Shown piece after piece: positions 27,831 to 37,604 of a DNA stretch of 64,000 nucleotides. This DNA comes from an archaeon (GTDB lineage: Archaea; Iainarchaeota; Iainarchaeia; Iainarchaeales; JANQMZ01), in NCBI GenBank assembly GCA_028279805.1, contig JANQMZ010000007.1, forward strand, positions 729,092 through 793,091. The letters are read 5' to 3'. How positions within the stretch are numbered: position 1 is the stretch's first letter; each line of letters begins with the position of its first letter. Under the pieces are notes generated by a model. That model made no database searches, was not told the origin of the DNA, and saw only the letters and a program-made list of their open reading frames with translations. Both the position numbers and the translations under genes were made by a program.

Positions 27831-29000
27831 TTACGGCAAAAACTTTTTTCCGTTAATTTTTTCAGGCAGATAAGTTTCAGCTACAAATTCCAATGATTTG
27901 TTTGCCAAAGCCTGTTGTTCTATTCTTACTCCTTCTTTTATTGAGCGTTTTAATTCATCCTGCCATGGCTTGTTTTGAAACCATGCATAGTTTAACATTT
28001 CTTTTGCTCTTTTTACATCCCCTACTTTCATTTTTTCTGTTACTTCCTTTAATTCATAGTCATGAATGTCTTCGATTGTCATTCCGATATATTTTGCTTT
28101 TGGGCATGCCAAAAATCCTGAGTGCGCAGCCAAAGCCATTGAACCTTGTTTTATAACACTGTAAATATACCATCCGTAAGGGTCTCCGTCTGTGAAAACA
28201 TAAACAGGCAGATTTTCTTCCTTGTACAGTCTGTGAATCAGTCTTCGGGCGCCTCTTGCAGCCTGTCCTCCAACTCCCACTAAAATTGCTTTGTTTTTTT
28301 TGGCAAAATCTTCTTCAACAAGCCTTTCATACATTGCACTTGTTTCTATTACCAGAACATATTTTGCATTGGTTTTAACTATTTCAATTTCTTCAGGTTC
28401 CATTCTGCTCATAATACTCCAGCCTCCTCTTCCAAGCTGAAGCATGTTAAAAGTGTCATTGTTGTGCATTTTGTCCTTTAATGTAATATCCCCGTATAAA
28501 GCGCCTTTTGGATTTGCATGTAAATTTAATTTTTCTCTGATTGTTTCAGCGCTGTGTTCCAAATCCACTATGACTGAATCGCTTTCTGTCTGGTCTTCAA
28601 AAGTGTTTTCTTTTCCTGAACCTAATGAATGCTTTAATTCGTAATAAATTTCCCTGATTGAAGCTGTTTTGTTTTTTTTCAGATAGTCAAATGTTTTGCT
28701 TGCAACAAGTGTTGTTTGCATAAATTTTTTTGCATGCCCTAGGTTTAAAAAATTTCTTGAAGTCATTTTTTCTCCAAGCTGTAAAACTCCTTTTTTTTCA
28801 TCGAATTCTACATTGCTTCTTCCCCTCTGGCTTGTTAAAAATGTTGGTGATTCTTCTTTTTTTATTTGTGAAACAATTTCTTTGCTTATTTTTTCAATTT
28901 TTGATGCAACTTTTTCTGCATTATCCTTATTTGTTTTCTTTTGTGTTTTTTTCTTTGTCTTCTTTTTCACCACTTGTTTCCACCTCTTCAATAACTTCAT
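27831..29000 (-). CDS. top6A: DNA topoisomerase VI subunit A (Spo11-like)
   Basis: Toprim motif VFTDGDPYGWYI; winged-helix region with catalytic Tyr (IREIYYELKH); K-rich N-terminus; stop abuts the acs stop. Confidence 0.8.
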   Translation of the reverse strand: MKLLKRWKQVVKKKTKKKTQKKTNKDNAEKVASKIEKISKEIVSQIKKEESPTFLTSQRGRSNVEFDEKKGVLQLGEKMTSRNFLNLGHAKKFMQTTLVASKTFDYLKKNKTASIREIYYELKHSLGSGKENTFEDQTESDSVIVDLEHSAETIREKLNLHANPKGALYGDITLKDKMHNNDTFNMLQLGRGGWSIMSRMEPEEIEIVKTNAKYVLVIETSAMYERLVEEDFAKKNKAILVGVGGQAARGARRLIHRLYKEENLPVYVFTDGDPYGWYIYSVIKQGSMALAAHSGFLACPKAKYIGMTIEDIHDYELKEVTEKMKVGDVKRAKEMLNYAWFQNKPWQDELKRSIKEGVRIEQQALANKSLEFVAETYLPEKINGKKFLP

Positions 29001-30612
29001 TTTCCAATGGTTCTGTTTCTTCTTGTTTTAAATTTTCCTGTAATTTTTCCAGTCCAAGTTTTTCTTTTACCAGTTTTTCAAGTTTTGTTGTTAAAAATTC
29101 TTCTTTTTCTCCGGTGATATTTTTTAAAGCTCTGGCTATTTCAGGAATATATTTGTAAAACATGTCCTGCTGCATTAATCTTTCTTTTTCCCTTAATTTT
29201 CTTTTAATGTATGTTGCTGTTTTTCTGCCGCAATCCATTAATGATAATCTTAATTCTTCCATTATTTCGTCTTCATCTGCAATTGCCTGTTTTCCTGCTC
29301 CCATGTACGGAACGTGTGCTGAAATAAAATTTACAAAAACTGTTAAAGGAATGCTGTCCAGATCCCTTACCCCGTATCTTTTCCATTCAACGCTTTGTAC
29401 TGCTTTTGAAATAGCTCCGCTTCCCGCGTCAAACAGTAATGGAGCCCGGTTGGCAAAACGCATTATTTCAAGGCTTCTTCCTTCCCCGTCAGCTTTTTTT
29501 CCCGCGTTTCCGCCGTATGCTATTCCCACTTCTATCTGGAACGGAAATCCTCCTGCGTAAACTTTTGGCTTTCTTGTAATTGTGTGAACAAATTCAGGTG
29601 CAACTATTGCATTAAGGCTTTTTTTAATCCTGTTTTCTCCAATGGGACTTAATCCGTCTGTGTTTGGCGCAATAAAATCAATTTTTTTAAATGCTTTTAT
29701 TATTTCTTCTGATTCCTGCCAACTTAACTGTTTTGGGTCTTTGTTTAAATCAAATTTAACTTTTTTTTCAATTTTTTCAATGCTTGTTGAACCTGTTCTG
29801 TCAAAATCGTTTTTTAAAAAACTTGCAACTTTTTTTGCATCAGTATATTTGCTCATGCTTATTAGTTCATCAACTGTTACTCCGTGCGGATGCGGTTTCA
29901 TTTCTTTTGCTTTTTTCGGAATAATTTTAATTGTTCTTTTAAATAATGCTTTTTGTCCTTTTGGTCCTTTGAATTTTATTCTTGCATGAGGGTTTGCGAT
30001 TGCAGTTCTTCTCAAATATTCCAAAGGCCCTGTACTTGAATCCCTGTAAATAACATCTTTAAATTTTGCCTGAACTTTTGTTCCCTGAAATTTTCTTTCA
30101 ACTGTCTGCATGTTTGTTATTTTGGGAACATTTTTTTTGGGGTCAATTGTTATTTCAAGCGAAATTGCCTTCCCTTTCTCTGTTCCGGTTAAAACTTTTA
30201 CCGCTTTTCCTGTTGTCATCTGGCTTAACATTGTTCCTCCTGATGCTCCTATTCCCTGTTGTCCCCGCATCTGAATCATTCGGTGAAATTTTGTTCCTGC
30301 TAAAAGCTGTCCGAATGCTTTTCCCACTGTTTTTTCTGTTAATCCAGGGCCATTGTCTGTGACAATAATTTCGTAATATTCATTGCCTAATTCTTTTATT
30401 TGCACTTCAATGTTGGGCAAAATGTTTGATTCTTCGCATGCATCCAGTGAATTTGTAACATATTCATGGACAATTGTGGTCATTGTCCTTATTTTTCCGT
30501 ATAATCCAAGCATTTGCTTGTTTTTTTTAAAAAATTCTGCAACTGAATGTTCTTTGAATTCTTTTGCAAGTTCTTCTGCCTGAATATGTTCCATTGCCAT
30601 TTTTTTTATCAC
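28927..30612 (-). CDS. top6B: DNA topoisomerase VI subunit B (GHKL ATPase)
   Basis: Bergerat-fold motifs (VHEYVTNSLDACEE, TDNGPGL, GQQGIGAS); acidic C-terminal tail; overlaps the top6A start by 74 nt. Confidence 0.85.
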   Translation of the reverse strand: MIKKMAMEHIQAEELAKEFKEHSVAEFFKKNKQMLGLYGKIRTMTTIVHEYVTNSLDACEESNILPNIEVQIKELGNEYYEIIVTDNGPGLTEKTVGKAFGQLLAGTKFHRMIQMRGQQGIGASGGTMLSQMTTGKAVKVLTGTEKGKAISLEITIDPKKNVPKITNMQTVERKFQGTKVQAKFKDVIYRDSSTGPLEYLRRTAIANPHARIKFKGPKGQKALFKRTIKIIPKKAKEMKPHPHGVTVDELISMSKYTDAKKVASFLKNDFDRTGSTSIEKIEKKVKFDLNKDPKQLSWQESEEIIKAFKKIDFIAPNTDGLSPIGENRIKKSLNAIVAPEFVHTITRKPKVYAGGFPFQIEVGIAYGGNAGKKADGEGRSLEIMRFANRAPLLFDAGSGAISKAVQSVEWKRYGVRDLDSIPLTVFVNFISAHVPYMGAGKQAIADEDEIMEELRLSLMDCGRKTATYIKRKLREKERLMQQDMFYKYIPEIARALKNITGEKEEFLTTKLEKLVKEKLGLEKLQENLKQEETEPLENEVIEEVETSGEKEDKEKNTKENK

Positions 30613-31169
30613 AATTCAAATTTTTTTTCATTTAATTCTTTTTCATGTAAAACGTTTTCAACGGCATCAATTTCCATTCCGCCTAATAACATTCTTACTG
30701 CCTGTTCTCCTGCCTCAATATTTTCCTCTTCTCCTATTATTGCAATTGTATTTCCGTAAATTGAAATAAAACATTTTGTATCCTGTTCAATTTTGTTTCT
30801 TATAAGCCCTTTTCTCCCTATAACTCTGCCTTTTTTGTGTTGAACTTTTTTTTCTTTTTTTCCAAACATTTCTTTTAATTTTAAAATTCTTAAATAATAT
30901 TTGTCTTCCAGTAATTTTAATGCTTTTTCAGGATTAAATCCTCGGCCGACAGCCTGGATAACTTGTAATGCTTTGTGAACATCTAAAGGTTCTCCTTCCA
31001 CATAAACTTCGCCTGAATCCGAGTCAATGTTGATTTTTGTTTTGCTTTTTTTCTCTATTTTTCTTTTGTCTGTTCCTTTGACTCCTATTAAAACGCCTAT
31101 TCTTTCCTGCGGGATTCTGATGTAATCTGATAACATTAAAAACACCAGCAAATATCCCCCTCTTAACAC
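30609..31169 (-). CDS. KH-domain RNA-binding protein (aDim2/Pno1-like)
   Basis: Two KH motifs (RIGVLIGVKGTDKRKIE; KGRVIGRKGLIRNKIE); conserved position downstream of rio1. Confidence 0.7.
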   Translation of the reverse strand: MLRGGYLLVFLMLSDYIRIPQERIGVLIGVKGTDKRKIEKKSKTKINIDSDSGEVYVEGEPLDVHKALQVIQAVGRGFNPEKALKLLEDKYYLRILKLKEMFGKKEKKVQHKKGRVIGRKGLIRNKIEQDTKCFISIYGNTIAIIGEEENIEAGEQAVRMLLGGMEIDAVENVLHEKELNEKKFEL

Positions 31170-31218
31170 TATTAAAGTAAAAATGTATTATAAAGCTTTT
31201 CCTCGTTTTTCGGGCTTT

Positions 31219-31977
31219 TTAAGGCTTATAAAGCGCTTTTTTTGATTTTATGTCTTTCTTTATTTGCTCTGCTGAAATCCTTAAACCGTTTTTTGAAAAG
31301 TATGCTGACACATTTTTTAAATCTTTTTCAAAAAATTCCCGTGCTTTGGGATGGCTTCTTAAAACAGCCTGCCCCACGTCTATAATCACCGGTTCATTGT
31401 TAAGGTTCAGAATATTATACTCGCTTAAATCTGCGTGAATTATTTCTTCTTTGTAAAACATTTTTGCAACAAATTCAACAATTTTTTCATACAAATATTC
31501 AAAATTTTTTATCGGTTTTTCCTTAATTCTTTGAGCCGGTTCTCCGTTTTCCCCTATAAATTCCATTACCAGCACATTGTTTTTGAAAGCAAGTGGAATA
31601 GGACAATTAACGCCTGCGTTGTTCATTTTTTTTAAATTCATAAATTCTTTTTTTGTCCATTCATTGATGAGACTGGATTTTTTTTTTGAAATTTTTTTAA
31701 ATCTTATATCTCCTTCAATGTATTCGTTCATGTGCTTGAATTTTGATGTTTCTATTTTGTAAATTTTTACAGCTTTATAGTTTCCTGCTTTGTCTTTTGC
31801 CCTGAAAACATGTGCTTCTTTTCCTGTGCTTATTACAAATTCTACTTCGTTAAAAATTTTTTTGCCTGCAAGTGAATGAACAGTATTAACAGTCTGGTTG
31901 TCAAAAACTTTTGCAAAAATTTTTTTAACAGTTTTTTCTTTTGTAAAAGAATTAAGATTTTTATCAAGTGCTTTCAT
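31219..31977 (-). CDS. rio1: RIO-type serine/threonine protein kinase (Rio1)
   Basis: ISTGKEAHVFRA, HADLSEYNIL, IDVGQAV motifs. Confidence 0.8.
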   Translation of the reverse strand: MKALDKNLNSFTKEKTVKKIFAKVFDNQTVNTVHSLAGKKIFNEVEFVISTGKEAHVFRAKDKAGNYKAVKIYKIETSKFKHMNEYIEGDIRFKKISKKKSSLINEWTKKEFMNLKKMNNAGVNCPIPLAFKNNVLVMEFIGENGEPAQRIKEKPIKNFEYLYEKIVEFVAKMFYKEEIIHADLSEYNILNLNNEPVIIDVGQAVLRSHPKAREFFEKDLKNVSAYFSKNGLRISAEQIKKDIKSKKALYKP

Positions 31978-31995
31978 AATAAAAACTAAAATTAG

Positions 31996-32325
31996 TCATT
32001 CTTCTATTCCAAGCCCTTTCAAAAGGCCTTTTCTTGCTAAATAATTTTTCTGCCCTCCGATGTAACGCCATATAATATCGGCTTTGCTGGGCTGAAAATC
32101 CCATTTTTTTATGATAAGCAAGTCCCCTTCCCTTATCCACACTCTTTTTTTCATTTTTCCTGAAATTCTGCACTGCCTTTCAACACCGTCTTCACACTGA
32201 GCCAGAACCTGGTCTGTGCCCATCATTTTTTTTGCAACTGCAAACATTTCAAGTCCGTCTTTTTTTGGTGTTCTTAATCTTGAATAACTGTCTTTCCCTT
32301 CATCGTGTTGTTTTTTTTTAACCAA
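31996..32325 (-). CDS. eif1a: translation initiation factor 1A
   Basis: OB-fold core QCEDGVERQCRISGKMKKRVWIREGDLLII...WRY. Confidence 0.8.
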   Translation of the reverse strand: MVKKKQHDEGKDSYSRLRTPKKDGLEMFAVAKKMMGTDQVLAQCEDGVERQCRISGKMKKRVWIREGDLLIIKKWDFQPSKADIIWRYIGGQKNYLARKGLLKGLGIEE

Positions 32326-32335
32326 TTTTTCACCG

Positions 32336-32626
32336 TTAAATCATGAATATTTGTACATGTGGAATGTCCTGAATTTTAATAATGCTTTTTTCTTTTATTA
32401 AACCTTTTCTTAAAGCTATTTGAATGCATTTTTTTCCCACCATGTTTATGTTGCTGTGCTGGGTTAAAAGTGTTTCAATTTTTTTTTCTTCAGCTTTTTT
32501 TCCACGGTAAAAATTTTCACTTGCTGTAAACTCAATTTCTCCCTGTTTTAATGTTTTTCCTATTAATTCTTTGTCGCATATTGCCAAAACTTTTCCTTTT
32601 TGTGATTCATGTATTTTGTAAAACAT
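32336..32626 (-). CDS. small conserved archaeal hypothetical protein (DUF424-like?)
   Basis: 96 aa in the eIF1A/eIF2beta neighbourhood; no catalytic motif. Confidence 0.3.
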   Translation of the reverse strand: MFYKIHESQKGKVLAICDKELIGKTLKQGEIEFTASENFYRGKKAEEKKIETLLTQHSNINMVGKKCIQIALRKGLIKEKSIIKIQDIPHVQIFMI

Positions 32627-32635
32627 TTTACCATT

Positions 32636-33037
32636 TTATTCTTTTATCGGGCTTAAAGCTCCGCATGCGTCACATTTTAACATTTTTACACTGTTTTGTT
32701 CTATTATTTTTGTGTCAGGTTTTCCGCATTCTTTGCATATTACATATTTGTTTACATATTCTTCAAATATTTTTTGAACAGAATCCGGTGAAAATTTTCC
32801 GTTTAAAATAACGTTTTGCCCTTCAATTGAACCGGATGTTCCTGCTTCCCCGGTTATAAATTTAAAAGCATGTTTAACATTCCTGTGCAAATCTTTTATT
32901 GTTTTTTCAAAATTTCTTATAACTGTTCTTGTTCCCTGTATTTCAGCTTTTAGTTTCGGAACTTCAAATCTTTCATCTGTTTTCTTTTTTTTAGGCATTT
33001 TTTCATAAGCCCTGTCAAGCATTTTTTCATAATCCAT
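32636..33037 (-). CDS. eif2b: translation initiation factor 2 beta subunit
   Basis: C-terminal C4 ribbon VICKECGKPDTKI...LKCDACGA and central FITGEAGTSGSIEG segment. Confidence 0.85.
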   Translation of the reverse strand: MDYEKMLDRAYEKMPKKKKTDERFEVPKLKAEIQGTRTVIRNFEKTIKDLHRNVKHAFKFITGEAGTSGSIEGQNVILNGKFSPDSVQKIFEEYVNKYVICKECGKPDTKIIEQNSVKMLKCDACGALSPIKE

Positions 33038-33043
33038 TTTTTT

Positions 33044-33523
33044 TCACCTAATTATTTTTTTTTCAACTTTTAAATTGCTTGCTTCTGTAAAAAATTCATC
33101 CTCATTTTTTTCATCTTTTTTCTTTGTGTTTTTTTTCCATTTTTTTAAAAAAATAATGTTTTCAAGCCTTTTGTTCATTTCTTCCTGGAATGAAAGTTTT
33201 TGAATTCCTTCAATTAAAACAAATAATCCTTTATTTCCCTGCCTTATTTTTCCTATAATTTTTATAATGTCCCCTGTTTGTATTTTTTCCAGTATTTCAA
33301 GATTTTCAAAAACATTTGCATCAATTGTTTGTGTAAAATCATCAATTGTTATTGCTGTAAAATTTTCTCCTTCAAATTTTTTTACAACATTGCCCCATAT
33401 ATTGACACGGCTTATTTTTTTTTCATCAGGTGTAATAAGATAATTTGTATCAAACTCTTTTTCTCCTTTAACATATTCTCCTTTTATTTCACTTAAAGGT
33501 ATTTTTAAGGCTGGTTCCCGCAT
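33044..33523 (-). CDS. OB-fold nucleic-acid-binding protein (possible RPA/SSB-like)
   Basis: 159 aa, beta-rich central region (VNIWGNVVKKFEG...GDIIKIIGKIRQGNKGLFVLIEG), basic-acidic C-terminus; inference only. Confidence 0.3.
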   Translation of the reverse strand: MREPALKIPLSEIKGEYVKGEKEFDTNYLITPDEKKISRVNIWGNVVKKFEGENFTAITIDDFTQTIDANVFENLEILEKIQTGDIIKIIGKIRQGNKGLFVLIEGIQKLSFQEEMNKRLENIIFLKKWKKNTKKKDEKNEDEFFTEASNLKVEKKIIR

Positions 33524-33582
33524 TTTTTCACCTGATAATAATATTAATAAGCCTGCTTTGTATTATTAAACGTGGTGTCTTT

Positions 33583-34212
33583 TTGGCTCAAATAAAAAAT
33601 CTTGAAGAATGGCACAAATATGACAAAAAGCTCAGAATTAATCTTATTTTTGTAGGAATAATTGTTTTACTTCTTGTTCTGCTGATTTTTTATTTTTTCA
33701 CCAGAAATCCCGCTCTTTTTGAAGACCTTGTTTTAAGTTTTGGACTTTTAGGATTGTTTATAGGTTCAATTATTGCAAACGCTTCAATTATTTTGCCGTT
33801 GCCCATTGACATTTTTGTTTTTTTGTTCGGCGGTGAAAATTTTTTCGAATTAGGTTTTTTAAATCCTTTATTTTTAGGATTATTAATAGGATTCGGTTCA
33901 ACTATTGGTGAAATGTCCGGATACATTTTAGGATTGCTTGGCATTCACAGCATTGAACATTTAAAAAAAGGCGAGTTAAAAAAAGTTATGCAGGTAAAAG
34001 AAGCAATAAAACATTACGGAATGCTTGTAATAGCTTTAGGAGCATTAACACCTTTTCCTTTTGATGTAATCGGAATAGCTTCAGGTTTAATCCGTTACAA
34101 TGTTAAAAAATTTTTCATAGCATGCTTTGCAGGAAAAGCACTGCGTTACACGGTAATAGCTTACGCAGGCTCTTTAAGCATTGGTGCTGTAAGAACAATT
34201 TACGGTTTTTAA
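33583..34212 (+). CDS. DedA/VTT-domain-like membrane protein
   Basis: 209 aa, 5-6 predicted TM helices; GFGSTIGEMSGYILGLLG glycine motif. Confidence 0.35.
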   Translation: MAQIKNLEEWHKYDKKLRINLIFVGIIVLLLVLLIFYFFTRNPALFEDLVLSFGLLGLFIGSIIANASIILPLPIDIFVFLFGGENFFELGFLNPLFLGLLIGFGSTIGEMSGYILGLLGIHSIEHLKKGELKKVMQVKEAIKHYGMLVIALGALTPFPFDVIGIASGLIRYNVKKFFIACFAGKALRYTVIAYAGSLSIGAVRTIYGF

Positions 34213-35024
34213 AAACCTATTGCGTTTAAAAAAATCCAGATTATTACCATTAAAAGAGTTTGTAATGGCAGGGCAGGCAACGCAATTTTTTTCTTCTGAG
34301 CAAAATCCAAAGTCCATATTAATCCTATTAATGAAAAAAGTAAAACCGCGAAAGGCATTACAAAATGCACCGGATATGGCAAAGTTGTTAAAGAATTTTT
34401 TAAAACACTTGAAGCAAACATTAAAGGAATAACCATATCCCCCGTCCCTAATTGAAATTCATGATTTTTTGTGGGAATTGAAAAAGTAAAAGCCAGTCTT
34501 GTTTTAACAATTTTTTTAGCCATTACAACCATGTGTTTTGTGCCGAATACCGCTATAATGTCATACACTGACAAAACAATCATAAACATTAAAACAGGAA
34601 AAACGCCCAGGCTTACTCCCATTAAGGCGCCGACACCTGCAACTGCAATTACCGCCGACAAGTTTTTCATCCACAAACTTTCCCTGAAAATATTTTGGGC
34701 TATAACCAGAAACAATGCAAGAGTTATTGACGCGTCAGGAAAAATTGTTTCAAAAACAATAAAGCCTGTCCCAAATAATGCAAACGCTTCAAGTATTTTT
34801 AAAAAAAATCCGGAACCTTTAACAAATTTTAAAATAAGCAAAAAAAATCCTGTGAAAATTAAAATATAAACAATTAATGCAACAGCATTCTGAACATCTT
34901 CCGGATTATCCGTAACAATTGTTGTCTGAACATTTTGTTCAATTAAATTTGAAGCAACATATAATCCCAAAATCTGAACAATTAAAAACAATGCAGTTAA
35001 CTGTAAAACAAGTTTTTTGTTCAT
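34209..35024 (-). CDS. presenilin/signal-peptide-peptidase-like intramembrane aspartyl protease
   Basis: Polytopic; YD motif (VYDIIAVFG), GxGD motif (QLGTGDMVIPLMF), PAL motif (KIALPALPLQ) in the right order. Confidence 0.55.
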   Translation of the reverse strand: MNKKLVLQLTALFLIVQILGLYVASNLIEQNVQTTIVTDNPEDVQNAVALIVYILIFTGFFLLILKFVKGSGFFLKILEAFALFGTGFIVFETIFPDASITLALFLVIAQNIFRESLWMKNLSAVIAVAGVGALMGVSLGVFPVLMFMIVLSVYDIIAVFGTKHMVVMAKKIVKTRLAFTFSIPTKNHEFQLGTGDMVIPLMFASSVLKNSLTTLPYPVHFVMPFAVLLFSLIGLIWTLDFAQKKKIALPALPLQTLLMVIIWIFLNAIGF

Positions 35025-35077
35025 AAAAAAAATGCATTGATTGTTTTTTTAACTCTTTTTGCACTATTTTTGTTAAA

Positions 35078-35422
35078 ATGATTAAAAAAAAAACAAATCC
35101 GATTCCTTCAAGTTTAAGAGAAAAAAAACGTTATGTATACTTCAAATTGTCTTTTTCTCAAAAAATTAATTCAAAACATGTTTACAAAGCAGTCTGGGAT
35201 TCTTTGCTGGCTTTATTTGGCGCTATTGGCTCCTCCCAGATCGGTTTTCAGTTAATTGAATTTGATTCTTCAACCGGAAAAGGAATTGCAAGATGCATCA
35301 GGGGAAAAGAAAATGAGCTTAAAACAGCCATAGTTTTGGTCAAATCTGTTCAGAATATTAAAGTGCTTCCTGAAATTTTAAGGGTTTCAGGCACATTAAA
35401 GTCAATTAGAGGAGCAAAATAA
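35078..35422 (+). CDS. pop5: RNase P protein subunit Pop5 (Rnp2)
   Basis: 114 aa; LREKKRYVYFKL...ALFGAIGSS...GKGIARCIRG...VSGTLKSI pattern; conserved position upstream of psmA. Confidence 0.6.
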   Translation: MIKKKTNPIPSSLREKKRYVYFKLSFSQKINSKHVYKAVWDSLLALFGAIGSSQIGFQLIEFDSSTGKGIARCIRGKENELKTAIVLVKSVQNIKVLPEILRVSGTLKSIRGAK

Positions 35423-35492
35423 TCATATATAAACCTTTTTTAAGCTTCCGCATAAATCTTTAGTATATCAGAAAAAGAAAAGAGGTGTTTTA

Positions 35493-36224
35493 TTGTATCC
35501 TTCTTCTGACCAGTTAACATCTGGTTATGACCGCGTTTCAACAATGTTTTCCCCAAAAGGAAGACTTTATCAGGTTGAATATGCTTCAAAAATAGTTGAA
35601 CAGGGCACAACAGGCGTTGGTTTTGTCTACAATAACGGTGTTTTGCTTGGAGCTGAAAAAAATGTGGGGTCAAACCTTGTTGTTCCTGAAAGTATTGAAA
35701 AATTGTTCAAAATTGACAAGCATATCGGAATAATTTCCGCAGGACTTGTTGGAGATGCAAGAAGACTTGTAAAAGTTGCGCGTGAAAAAGCTCAGGAAAA
35801 CAGAATGACTTTTGAAGAACCAATTGGTACAGAAACACTTGTTCGTGAAATAGCTGCAATAAAACAGGCAGTAACACAATACGGAGGAATGAGACCTTTT
35901 GGAGTTAGTTTTGTTTTCGGAGGAATAACAAATAACCTTCCAAAAATTTTTGAAACAGAACCATCAGGAGCTTTGGCAGAATATAAAGCTGTTGCAATCG
36001 GCCGTGGAAAAAAAGAAGTGATGAATTTTTTGGAAAAAAATTACAGGCAGGGATTGTCAAAAGAAGCAGGAGTAAAATTATTATTTGATGCTTTAAAAAC
36101 TGTTAAAAGAAAAACTCCTTTAACAATTGAAAATCTGGATTTTTCATTTATTGAAGCTGGTGCGGAATACACAAAGCTTTCTTTAAAAGAATTAAAATCT
36201 TTTTTAGGCAATAAAAAATCCTAA
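35493..36224 (+). CDS. psmA: proteasome alpha subunit
   Basis: GYDRVSTMFSPKGRLYQVEYA N-terminal signature; TTG start with AGAGGTG SD. Confidence 0.9.
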   Translation: MYPSSDQLTSGYDRVSTMFSPKGRLYQVEYASKIVEQGTTGVGFVYNNGVLLGAEKNVGSNLVVPESIEKLFKIDKHIGIISAGLVGDARRLVKVAREKAQENRMTFEEPIGTETLVREIAAIKQAVTQYGGMRPFGVSFVFGGITNNLPKIFETEPSGALAEYKAVAIGRGKKEVMNFLEKNYRQGLSKEAGVKLLFDALKTVKRKTPLTIENLDFSFIEAGAEYTKLSLKELKSFLGNKKS

Positions 36225-36262
36225 CAAAATCTTTTTCTGATTTTATTAGGTGAAAAAATAAA

Positions 36263-36961
36263 ATGGTAAAACTAGAGGACGCGGTTATAGCAAGATATGA
36301 AAGTGCGGGGCACAAGTTTGAGGTTTTGGTTGACCCTGATTTGGCTTCGGATATAAAAGAGGGAAAAAAAGTGCAGTTAAACGATTTACTTGCAGCAGAA
36401 TCTGTTTACAAGGATTCAAAAAAAGGAGATGTTGCATCCGAACAAACAGTTATGGAAGTGTTTGGTTCGGATAATCTTGAAGAAATTGTAAAAAAAATAA
36501 TAAAACAGGGAGAAGTGCAGCTAACAACCGAACAGAGAAAAAAAATGAAAGAAAAAAAACACAAGGAAATTGTTAATTATATTACAAGAAACGCGTTTAA
36601 CCCTAAAAATAGCATGCCTCATCCTCCTCAAAGGATTGAAACTGCAATGGAAGAAGCAGGCATAAATATTGACAGCATGAAAACAGTTTCAGAACAAATT
36701 CCTGAAATTGTTAAAAACCTGAAAAGGCTTCTGCCTATTTCAATGGAAAAATTAAAAATTGCAATAAAAGTTTCAGCAGCTGATTCCGGAAAAGTTTCAG
36801 GAATATTACATCAAAATTTCGGAACACATAAAGAGGAATGGCAGTCAGACGGCTCATTAATTGCATTGCTTGAAATTCCTGCAGGGTTAAAAAATGATTT
36901 GTTTGACAAAGTAAACAAAGCATGTGCTGAAGAGCCAAGTATTAAAATTTTAGAAAAATAA
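36263..36961 (+). CDS. sbds: ribosome maturation protein SBDS/Sdo1
   Basis: ARYESAGHKFEVLVDPDLA...KKGDVASEQTVMEVFGSDNLEEIVKKIIKQGEVQLTTEQRKK matches SBDS. Confidence 0.8.
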   Translation: MVKLEDAVIARYESAGHKFEVLVDPDLASDIKEGKKVQLNDLLAAESVYKDSKKGDVASEQTVMEVFGSDNLEEIVKKIIKQGEVQLTTEQRKKMKEKKHKEIVNYITRNAFNPKNSMPHPPQRIETAMEEAGINIDSMKTVSEQIPEIVKNLKRLLPISMEKLKIAIKVSAADSGKVSGILHQNFGTHKEEWQSDGSLIALLEIPAGLKNDLFDKVNKACAEEPSIKILEK

Positions 36962-36974
36962 AAATGGTGATTTT

Positions 36975-37604
36975 ATGGATAAAAAATTAGTAGTTCCCGG
37001 AGAAACAGTTTCCGAGGAAAGAAAAAGAACAGGTGACAATGTCATCATAAGAGACGGAAAAATAGTTTCAACAGCTTTAGGGCTGGTTTTTGAAAATGAT
37101 ACAACTGCAGGAGTTATCGCACTTGAAGGCGTTTACATTCCAAAACGCGGAGACATCATTCTAGGAATAATTGAGTCAGAGGTGTTCGGAGGTTATATTG
37201 TTGATGTTAACCATTCGTTAAAATCATTTATTCCAAAAAAATCAATGATTAAAACATTAAGAAAAGGAAATGTTATAAGTGCAAAAATTTCAGAAGTTAA
37301 TGAAGTTAAAGAAATTTCAGTTGAAAATGTCAGAGTTTTTTATGGCGGGGAATTAATTGAAGCTCAGCCGGTAAAAATTCCGAGAATGATTGGAAAAAAC
37401 GGTTCAATGTTATCCGTTTTAAAGGAGGGAACAGGCTGTTCTTTGATGATCGGGCGCAACGGATGGGTTTGGGCTAAAGATGGTGACATTAACCTGTTAA
37501 AAAAAGCAATAAAAAAAATTGAAAAAGAAGCCCATTTGAACGATTTAACAAATTTGATTAAAAAATTTTTAGAAAAAAATAAAACAAAAAAGGTGAGTAA
37601 ATGA
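36975..37604 (+). CDS. rrp4: exosome subunit Rrp4 (S1 + KH)
   Basis: LVVPGETV N-terminus, S1 region GDIILGIIESEVFGGYIVDV, KH region MIGKNGSMLSVLKEGTGCSLMIGRNGWVW. Confidence 0.75.
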   Translation: MDKKLVVPGETVSEERKRTGDNVIIRDGKIVSTALGLVFENDTTAGVIALEGVYIPKRGDIILGIIESEVFGGYIVDVNHSLKSFIPKKSMIKTLRKGNVISAKISEVNEVKEISVENVRVFYGGELIEAQPVKIPRMIGKNGSMLSVLKEGTGCSLMIGRNGWVWAKDGDINLLKKAIKKIEKEAHLNDLTNLIKKFLEKNKTKKVSK

